Positions 50,690-60,165 of a stretch of DNA of 64,000 nt are shown in pieces. The notes under the pieces are model-generated. The model worked only from the letters and a program-made list of their open reading frames with translations, was not told the DNA's origin and ran no database searches. The stretch is taken from NCBI GenBank assembly GCA_034780895.1, contig JAUZTB010000072.1:24334850-24398849 (forward strand), written 5' to 3'. This DNA comes from Rhynchobatus australiae (taxonomy: Eukaryota). Within the stretch, counting starts at the first letter, position 1. Each line of letters begins with the position of its first letter. The position numbers and the translations under genes were made by a program.

Positions 50690-51655
50690 TCCAAGGATGT
50701 GGGCACTGTTGGCAGAAACAGCATATATTGTCCTTGCCATATTGTTCTTGAGGAGCAGGAGTGAACATCTGCAGTCCTCCTGAGGAAGGCACTCATGTTG
50801 TACTATTAGAGTTCCAAGATTTTGGCCAGTAACAATAAAAGGTTGGCAATACTTTCAGCTCAGGATGCTGTGTAAATTGAAGAGGTACATGAGAGGGTGT
50901 GGTCCTCATCTGCCTCCTGCCCTTCATATGGGTGGTGGAGGTTGACAGTTTGGGAGTTGATGTCAAAGTAGTCTTGGCAAGTTACTCTTGTGCATTTTGT
51001 AAATGGCACAAGCTGCAGCCATGTTGTGCCACTGGTGAAAGTTCAGTGTGGCAGATAAGGTGCCAATCAAGGCTCTTCCTCCTAAATGGTCATAAAGTCA
51101 TACAGCACAGAAACAGGATCTTCAGCCCAACTCATCCACGCCAACCAAAGTGCCCACCTAAGCTAGTCCCATTTTCCTATGATTGGCCCATATTCCTATG
51201 ATTGGCCCATATCCCTCTAAACCTTTAATACCCATGTATTTATCCAAATGTCTTTCAATTGTTGTTGTACCTGCCTCAACTACTTTCTCAAGTGTTAAGC
51301 TACTGGAACTGCACTTGTCTAGATGACAGGATGGCATTCCATCACATTCCTAATGTGCGTTTTATAGATAGTGGAAGAGACCTGGGAGTCAGAAGGCAAG
51401 TCACTCATCCCATGACACCAAACCCAAGTTGTTTTTGTATGTAGGTGATCCAGTTGAGTTTCCAGTCAGAGGGGAAATCCAGGATATTGATGGTGAGGGA
51501 TTCAGATGTGGCAATGCTATTTAATGCCAAGGGGAGGTAGTTAGATTCCTTGGTGGAGACTTTCAATGTCAGGCACACATGGCATCATGAACATTATTTG
51601 TCCCTCAGGCTGAAATGGTGTCCAGGTCTTGCTGACACATCACTTCATTATCTGA
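50690..51655 (-). mobile_element. CR1/L2-group LINE (same family as 32640-33865) with a nested CR1 tail at ~51090-51290
   Basis: Minus strand CQQDLDTISA, esnyLPLALNSIATSESLTINILdf and VMGxVTCLLTPRSLPLS-type fragments; insert begins cataaagtcatacagcacagaaacagg. Confidence 0.7.
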
Positions 51656-52454
51656 ANNNNNNNNNNNNNNNNNNNNNNNNNNNNNNNNNNNNNNNNNNNN
51701 NNNNNNNNNNNNNNNNNNNNNNNNNNNNNNNNNNNNNNNNNNNNNNNNNNNNNNNNNNNNNNNNNNNNNNNNNNNNNNNNNNNNNNNNNNNNNNNNNNNN
51801 NNNNNNNNNNNNNNNNNNNNNNNNNNNNNNNNNNNNNNNNNNNNNNNNNNNNNNNNNNNNNNNNNNNNNNNNNNNNNNNNNNNNNNNNNNNNNNNNNNNN
51901 NNNNNNNNNNNNNNNNNNNNNNNNNNNNNNNNNNNNNNNNNNNNNNNNNNNNNNNNNNNNNNNNNNNNNNNNNNNNNNNNNNNNNNNNNNNNNNNNNNNN
52001 NNNNNNNNNNNNNNNNNNNNNNNNNNNNNNNNNNNNNNNNNNNNNNNNNNNNNNNNNNNNNNNNNNNNNNNNNNNNNNNNNNNNNNNNNNNNNNNNNNNN
52101 NNNNNNNNNNNNNNNNNNNNNNNNNNNNNNNNNNNNNNNNNNNNNNNNNNNNNNNNNNNNNNNNNNNNNNNNNNNNNNNNNNNNNNNNNNNNNNNNNNNN
52201 NNNNNNNNNNNNNNNNNNNNNNNNNNNNNNNNNNNNNNNNNNNNNNNNNNNNNNNNNNNNNNNNNNNNNNNNNNNNNNNNNNNNNNNNNNNNNNNNNNNN
52301 NNNNNNNNNNNNNNNNNNNNNNNNNNNNNCCCAGTATCGAATGCATCCACAGTACAAATTAACACAATCATGATATTACAAAACTTTTAACCCATTCTGC
52401 ACGGGTACAGGTTTGTAACAGGGCGACCTGTAATAATAAGTCACTTTGAAATAT

Positions 52455-52860
52455 TCTTCTTCTTCTTAGAATTCCCTTGGGATTAAGGATGACTTGCTTC
52501 AGTGGGCTCTGAGGAGACTAATGATGTCAATGCAGGACTCTCAAACTCTGCCACAGCTGGAGCAGTTGGTGCTGGGCAGAGAATAGTTTGGGAAGTGGTG
52601 TGCTCTTTCCACTGTTTATGCTGTGCTTCTGTGTGGTCCTAACACTTGGATTCAAGGTCCTCAGTGCCATCCTAAACCCTTTGAATGGCCATGGGCCAAA
52701 GATTTCCAGAAGTCAGTAGGGATGTTACATTTTCCTGAGGAGGTTTCGAGAACATCCTTGAATCTTCTCCTTTGTGCATATAGTAAGTTGCCATGAGACC
52801 GTGGAACAGAGCATCTGTTTTGAGAGTCTGGCATCGGACATGCCATGAGAATGGCACTCT
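52455..52860 (-). mobile_element. RTE-clade LINE 3' end
   Basis: QRRRFKDVLETSSGKCNIPTDFWKSLAHGHSK resembles the RTE C-terminal QRKRFKDxLKxSLxxCxIxxxxWExLA motif; ends in (gaa)n on minus. Confidence 0.75.
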
Positions 52861-52890
52861 ACAATGTTACTGTCATGGTTACTGTTATTT

Positions 52891-53720
52891 GCCAGCAGTT
52901 CTTTTGAATCAGTGGCCACAGTCAACATGACTTGACCTTTAACAACCACAACAGACCATGTTGGTCTGCCTGTCAGAGTCAACCAGGCATATTTAGGGCC
53001 TCAAGGCTGAGGAGATTGGCCTGGGAGAGAACATTAAAGCTTACTGTTTATTGTGCCCATCCCACCAGTGCAGATAGAGAATTTTGTGGAGACTCTCTTC
53101 AGTGCTTTGAGATGTCTGTTTATAAGCAGATTTTGAAATAACAGCAAATATGACAGTAACATGAGCAACTTATTCTATATACCCACCACCCTCTATGTGG
53201 AAAAGGTTGCTCCTCAGGTCCCTTTTAACACTGGGCCATGTCATGCCACAACCAGCCTGCGCTTTCTCCATACCATCTCTAACTGGTTACAGATGCGTAG
53301 TGGAATCTTGCTGGGCCTCTTGATCCTGGAGGCACCCAGCAGAGCACAGTGAAGCTTCAGCAGTCTGATAGCCTTTGACCAAAGAAAATCCTGGGACTGA
53401 AGCTTTGTTTATATCAGATTTGTCAAGGAACCCAACAGTTTTCAAATCTCTCTAGCATTCAGAGAGATATAAAAAACACTATTTTTACCATCTGCATATT
53501 TAAAGTTCATAAAAAAAATTAAAATCAAAATAAAATATATATTTTTTAAAAAGTCATACTGTTCCAGGCTGAGAATTCTCATTAAAATTAATGGGGTCTC
53601 CGATCCTATGCCAGGTCCACATTAGGTCTGGACTTAATATGGAATGAATGCCTGATCGCCAGCAATTCTTTTGAATCAGCAGCCACAGTCAACAATGACT
53701 TGGGCCTTTAACAACCACAA
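52891..53720. repeat. Spaced direct repeat pair (~62 bp: 52891-52951 and 53658-53720)
   Basis: gccagca.ttcttttgaatcag..gccacagtcaaca(a)tgacttg..cctttaacaaccacaa in both copies. Confidence 0.9.
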
Positions 53721-53789
53721 ATATTGCATGTGAAAGTTTATCTACTTTCCAACTGTTTCCAGTTGACTCTTCTATCTTAATACTCTTAT

Positions 53790-54045
53790 AATACTTTGAG
53801 AGTTGCATAGTGGCGTAACTAGTACAGCAGCTGACTGAACCCACATCGCTGGAGTTGTCAATCCTAACGTCTGGTACTGTCTGTGTGGACTTTGCACATT
53901 CTGCCTGTGACCACTGAGAATTAAGTGAGTAGGTAGAAGCTGGAAGAGTTGATGGGAAGGTGCACTGGAAAATTAGCCGAGAGTGGAATTGATCTGTGAG
54001 CTGGCATGCATTCAATGGGCTGAACAGCCTACTAAGGAAATAGGA
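53790..54045 (+). mobile_element. Diverged V-SINE
   Basis: gcatagtggcgtaactagtacagc...tgtctgtgtggactttgcacattctgcctgtgacc...aatgggctgaacagcct. Confidence 0.55.
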
Positions 54046-54274
54046 AACATGACACACTTTAGCACATTTCACACCAGATCTCCAGATGCTGCAATAAATT
54101 TTCCCAGGTTTTAGATGAATATGGGCCTGTATTTCAGGTTAAACTTCCTGACACTCTTCCCTAGTCATGTGTCCTTGTCATTTGAGGCTTTCCTGGAAAT
54201 GGTTCCTCTGAACCTCTAGCATTTTACAACCATCATCCAACTGTATAAAATGGCCATGGAACAGATATAATGCA

Positions 54275-55562
54275 CACTGGACAAACTTAGCAGGTCATGC
54301 AGCATCCATGGACAGAGAAAAAGGTTCAACACCTCAGGTCAGGGGCCTTCATCCGTGGAAAAGAGAGGAGAGTGTTTTAAGTTGCAGAAATGGGGAGGCG
54401 TAGAGAGAACAGAAGGAACATCTGTGATAGAATGCAGACCAATGTTGTCAAGGTAACAATTACTTCCNNNNNNNNNNNNNNNNNNNNNNNNNNNNNNNNN
54501 NNNNNNNNNNNNNNNNNNNNNNNNNNNNNNNNNNNNNNNNNNNNNNNNNNNNNNNNNNNNNNNNNNNTTGTCAAGGTAACAATTACTTCCACCTTGCAAG
54601 CCTCCATATTCAACAGATCATCCACCATAATTTTTGCCACCTTCAAGGGATTCCACCCCCACACCCATCGTTCCCTTCCCTCTACTTTTCAGATTCTGAA
54701 GAGAACTTTCCCTCTGCAATTCTCAGGTCCACTTTCCCGTGCCACACTCTCTCTTTTACCCCTTTCCTCCCAACTCTCTAGGGATCCAACTGAAGCAGCA
54801 ATTCACCTACACTTCTTCCAATTTAGTACATTGCATTTTGTTGCTCCTCTGCTTTGGAGAAACCAAAAGGCAGCTTGGGTGACTGCTTCGCAGAGCACCT
54901 TCATTCAGTCTGCAAGGGTGACCATGTGCTTCCAAATACCTGCTGTGTTGTCAGTCCTGATGCAGGGTCTTGATCTGAAATGTTAACAATTTCCACCCCT
55001 CTCCACTCCCGCCGCCCCACAGATGCTGCCTTGACTTCCTACAGTAGTTTGTTTTGTGCTCCAGATTCCAGCATCTGCAGTCTCTTGCATCTCCACCTGT
55101 TAGTTTAATTCTCCATCCCACTCTGATCTCTGTCTTATATTGTTCCATCAATGTCCAACGCAAGCTCAAGGAACAGCTCATCTTCCACCTGGGTATGTTG
55201 CAGCCCTAAGGACTCAATAATGAAGTGAACAATTTCAGGAAACTCCATTTTTCTTTCTCTCTCTCCAGATGTAGCTGTTCCTCTGTTTCAATCCATTCCT
55301 TCTTTCTTCTCTTGCGTTTCTACTTGGTAGTTTTTAAAGCAATCATTACCTTCGGTTGAACCCTGTCATGGACATTCCCTGCAATCTCTCCAGCCTTCCT
55401 CCTCTCTGCAACTTTAAACAATTTTCTGGTTCTGGCGAAGTGTCCTTCACCTGAAACACCAACTCTGTTTTTCTCCCCATGGATCCAGTTTGACCTGCTG
55501 AATGCTTCCAGCATTTTCTATTTTTATTTTGAATTTCCAACATCTGCAATTCTTTTGCTCCA
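54275..55562 (+). mobile_element. Penelope-like element: inverted terminal repeat (54275-54450), GIY-YIG endonuclease remnant, 3' terminal repeat; nested terminal-repeat insert at ~54945-55092
   Basis: FTYTSSNLVHCI...LLCFGETKRQLGDCFAEHLHSVCKGD then FNSPSHSDL...QRKLKEQLIFHLGMLQP*GLNNEVNNFR is a decayed Penelope GIY-YIG domain. Confidence 0.88.
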
Positions 55563-57699
55563 GATAGATACCCTGCAAAGTCTATTGTAGCAACAACTGT
55601 ATAATTATGACTTTGATGCTAATCATGCTGGCAGGTTACAGCAGCCTGATTTGGCAATTCATTTACTGTGACCTTGAATGTGCCTTTTGGTGAAACTACA
55701 CTAAATATTATATCCTACCATTCAAAATATTGATTGAATTAACAACCTCAAGAATTCAGTATATTTGTATTGAGAAGATGGTACAAATTCATTAAGAATT
55801 GATTCTTCAAAGTATTAAAATGAAAATAGGTGCTGATCAGAGCAGCTGTAGAGGTCAGGTGCAGAAGAAAGCTTCTGTCTTCTGTCAATTACCTGAGGGA
55901 GGTACCAAGGATGGGGATGGGCTGGCTGGTAGAGGGTGGGGTTGAAATTGCTGTTACATGGCAGGTGGGGAGCACTATGACTTGGGGGGTGAATTATGAA
56001 GGTGTCTTTGGGACAGCAGGGGGTTGCTGTGCGGCACAGAGAGTAAGGGCAGGCTGGGGCAATCATCTGGTGGAGAAGGAGAGGGAGAAATAAAGGGGAA
56101 AAGGAGGGAGAGACAGGGGCCAGTTGATGGGATCCAGTGAGGTTAGAACACCAAAGCCAAACCCAACACATGGATTGAGAGACAGAAAAAGTGACAGTTT
56201 AGAAAAGAAATGGAAAAAATGGGAACAACACTGAGGGAAAGTGAGAACATGTCCGAGAAAGATGCGTGAAAAGCAGGCTGAAGGTGAGTCAAAAAGAGAG
56301 AAAAACTGAAAGAGAATGCGAGAGAATCAAAGGGGAAACGCGAGAGAAATAAGATGAACAAACAAGGGAGGTATCAAAACACTGAGTCAGTGAAATATCC
56401 AGGTTGCAAATATTGAATTCTGGGCTTCAGACCTCCAAAGGGTCTGATTAAAATAATTGACAATCAAATATAAATGAATGTTTAAGAGTACTCATTTTTA
56501 ATAATGAACATTCCAATGCATTTTCAAAATGGAATTTGAGATAAAGCTGATAAAAGCACACAATACAGACGAGCATTTTAATCAGCTCAAGGGTCCCTGT
56601 ACCAACATAACACAAACTGAAACATTCATTATAATTATATCAGTAAATGAGACCCAAGCACGAGGCAGTAGCAGAAGTGCTACTTGTGTGGTCATGCTTT
56701 TGGTAGCTATTGTAATTTTAGGAATGTAAGGTTTGAAAATGTATTAAAGTCTCCATTGTTAGTCTCATTTACCCACTACAATAATTTTCTAAATGGTTAC
56801 TTACAGCTTGGCAAATATAAAATTAAAACTTAAAAGCAAAAGACACCTGTGGTTTGGTTCTGTCAAGTGAGACTAATTTTGTTTTTTCTAGTTCAAGATT
56901 TAGTAATTTTTATTGTGGGTTGTAGCAAAAGTACATATTGGATCAGGAAAAAAACTATTTCACACTTCTAAGCTGACCATCTACTTTGATCAGTGTAACA
57001 CACGTTCCTTTCATTACTGCAAAACAGTACATGGCACAACAGCTGACATGGTTTACATTAATATCAGGGCGTCAGTTGTCGAATAGATGAACAAAAAGCT
57101 TGTAAGCTACTCAAGGGAGTTCCAAGAATTAATGTCATAGAAACTGGTAACCAAGTGTTGTCACTAGATATATTTAGTTTTTCATATTCATATCCAAGTA
57201 TTACAGAGTAAAATAAAAATCAATGGTTAAGCCAATACCCTTTAACCACGTGTTATCTGCTTCTTGTGGATTACATTTAAGACTGTATTCACTCTCCAAT
57301 TGCAGCACAAACCCATTTAGGATTAACATGGAAAACCAGGATTAAGATCCAACTTTACTCTCTAACAGAATTCCCATAAAAGGAATCTGCACCCACTTCA
57401 AAGCCAACCTAGACCCTAACTGCACTTTGCACTGTTCTATTCATTATTGTTAGCTTAGTTATCATTCAATACTAAAATGCAACCAAGTGTTTTACACCAG
57501 TGCTATGCTGCTCAAAATGCTCATTAGTCACAACTCATGATTTGTAAGGGAAACTCAATAATTGCAATATAACAAAGTAAACTGAACAGTTCAAATGGAC
57601 ATAATTGTAAATGCCTTAATGCTGTGCTCAAAACCTTGTAAAAACAAATAATTTCTTTTCTCAATTTTGAAAGTCTTTCTGTCAAAACTGGAACCATAC

Positions 57700-57782
57700 C
57701 TTGTATAGTTGGTGAAAGCCAAATGCAATCCCAGCCATGATGATTGCCAAAGCACCATATTCCCGCCATCTGGAACTGGGAT
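57700..57782 (-). CDS. PEX14: PEX14 internal exon (human exon 5 equivalent), hydrophobic membrane segment
   Basis: Minus strand reads tcttttag|AT CCC AGT TCC AGA TGG ... TAC AAG|gtatgg = [28 protein letters not shown], nearly identical to recalled human PEX14 [25 protein letters not shown]; 83 bp, phase 1 to 0. Confidence 0.97.
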
Positions 57783-58568
57783 CTAAAAGATATTAACATA
57801 TCGCAATAAGCAAATGACACAGTGAGTGCAATAAGCAATTGACAGAAAAAGCAAAAGTAAGTTTGATACTGAATAATTGTTTGCATCTCATGATATCTGC
57901 CTTATTTCAACAAGCATCAGTCCCAACCTCCAGGTAGTATTATGTTCCAATTAGGAGCAAAAATACTATTACAAACAGAAACAGTTTTAAATGAGACTGA
58001 ATTTCAATGTTTTGCCCTATTTTCACACATTTTAAAAATGAGTTAAATCAATTGAATTAACTTTGTAGAAATTAACAGTAAGATCTTTAAGGTGCTCAAT
58101 TTGGCCGTGACCTATCTTCCTAATAAAGAAGGAACCATTCATCACCGTTCATTGATTGGTGGGTGCACCAACATATACATATGCACTCTAGCATGAACAC
58201 AAAATTGGAATGTGTTTTAATGAACACTGAATTGTGGCAATTATAATTGGATGGAACCTTTCTGTATTTATCCAGGTAAAAATATATTTCAACACTGGGA
58301 CTCTTTATAAAATTTCAATTCTTCTGCAGAAATAAAATCAGCAATGATTTTCAATGTAACATAATAATCAATATACATCATAGATCTCTTTTTTCATGAT
58401 AAAATTCCAAAAATAAAATTAATGTTTAAAATTCCAGCAAATACAAAGAAGTTGGTTCACATTTCAACTAAGACAGATATTTTCAGAATCTTAGCAATTA
58501 CCTACCTGTGTCCTTTTTTATTACTAAAGTACTTTTGGATGGAATTTTGCTTTTTTTGATTCTTTATA

Positions 58569-59367
58569 CAGGCGTCCCTCACAGTACGTTTTGGTTGCGT
58601 TCCTTGAAAACAGTCCGTATTGCAATTTCCCATAACAGGAACCCCCTTTTCCCATTGAATCCGATGTTATCAGTCGATACGCATTGCTATAGTATGCTTT
58701 TCCCTTACATTAAGCCATTTTTATTGCAATGAGAAACTGACTCCCTGCTGTTACTTAATGGTTGAGGCAAACATTAGGCTCAGGGGGATGGACAAGGCTC
58801 ATGGATTCAGAAAGGGATTAGGAAGTGGGGATATTGGGATAAGGAATGGGATTCAAGGATTGGAATTCATGGGAGAAAGGTGATGTAGGAGGAGTTCAGG
58901 GGGCAATGGGTTAATGTGTGGTGACTTGGTGGAAGTGGAGTGAAGGATGAGGGATTATTTTAAGGAGCCGGTGTAAGAGCTGGCAGTGGCTACTGCAGCC
59001 CCACACAATGCAGTGTGTCAGAGTAAATGCCTCACAGATGAAGAGCAGGGTAGAGCTGAACTCTGAGAAGTCTGTTTGCATGTCCTCTGACTGCATAGGG
59101 TATGACACAGGAGGGACTTGGCTGTGACTGCCAACCCAGTCAACGCAGTGACGTCACATCCAAGTCTTACTGTCCCACAGTACTGAATGACTAAAAATAA
59201 CCATTGACAAAATTTGTTGTTGCTTTCGCATTTTATGTGCATCTTTTTTCCACCAAATTCCATGAGAGTGAACTTCATTCTGTGTCTCAAATTTTTGGGT
59301 AGTGTTTTGTAAATTCTGTTAGGGAGAATTTTTGTTACCCAAACTGCAGTAACTCAGGGGCCGCCTT
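58569..59367. mobile_element. Tigger/pogo-like non-autonomous DNA transposon, old
   Basis: Left TA|CAGGCGTCCCTCACAGTACG; right end reverse complement TA|AAGGCGGCCCCTGAGTTACT: imperfect TIRs with TA flanks, no transposase seen. Confidence 0.5.
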
Positions 59368-59729
59368 TACTTGCACTTTTAATTTAGGTACTGTAGAGTA
59401 AAAGGTTAACACGTAGATGACTAAGAGCAATTAATCAAATGAGATATTCAGATGACCACAGAAATCAGAACAGAACTAAAAATTATCTGATCCACCCACC
59501 TTACATGTTGCAACCCTTACATTTCTTTAAAAATATTAATTTTCATCAAGCTACAAGCTCAACTGTCAGCCAAATAGTAATATTAGGAACACTGAGCAAA
59601 AATATACAGCAAAAACTAAATAGATATATATATTGTTAAACATTATTAATTCCTGAACTAGATTAAGCAATGTTCTTATATTGTGAGTTAATATTTCTAT
59701 GAAACACAGATTAAAATTTTAACATTTTA

Positions 59730-60165
59730 AGCAGTTTAGCGGTTAGTGTAACGTTATTACAGCGCCAGCAATCCAGGTTCAATTCCCNNNNNNNNNNNNN
59801 NNNNNNNNNNNNNNNNNNNNNNNNNNNNNNNNNNNNNNNNNNNNNNNNNNNNNNNNNNNNNNNNNNNNNNNNNNNNNNNNNNNNNNNGTGTAACGTTATT
59901 ACAGCGCCAGCAATCCAGGTTCAATTCCCACCGCTGTCTGTAAGGAGTTTGTATGTTCTCCCTGTGACTGTATGGGTTTCCTCCGGGTGCTCTGGTTTCC
60001 TCCCACATTCCAAAGACATACGAGTTAGGAAGTTGTGGGCATGCTAAGTTGGCGCCAGAAGCGTGGTGACACTTGCGGGCTGCCCCCAGAACACTCTACG
60101 CAAAGATGCATTTCACAGTGTGTTTTGATGTACATGTGTCTAATAAAGAAATCTTATCTTATCAT
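59730..60165 (+). mobile_element. Relatively intact V-SINE with Rex1-like tail
   Basis: tRNA-like head (tagcggttag...ggttcaattccc), V-domain gggtttcctccgggtgctctggtttcctcccacattccaaagac, tail gatgtacatgtgtctaataaagaaatcttatcttatc; the head is duplicated across a 100-N gap. Confidence 0.85.

Noticed and set aside
51172-51214. ~20-bp tandem duplication ttcctatgattggcccata(t)
   Set aside because: Local slippage within a CR1 tail; only two units, not an array.
57524-57886. 120-aa minus-strand ORF overlapping exon 5
   Set aside because: Different frame from the conserved PEX14 exon and runs through both splice sites; no homology.
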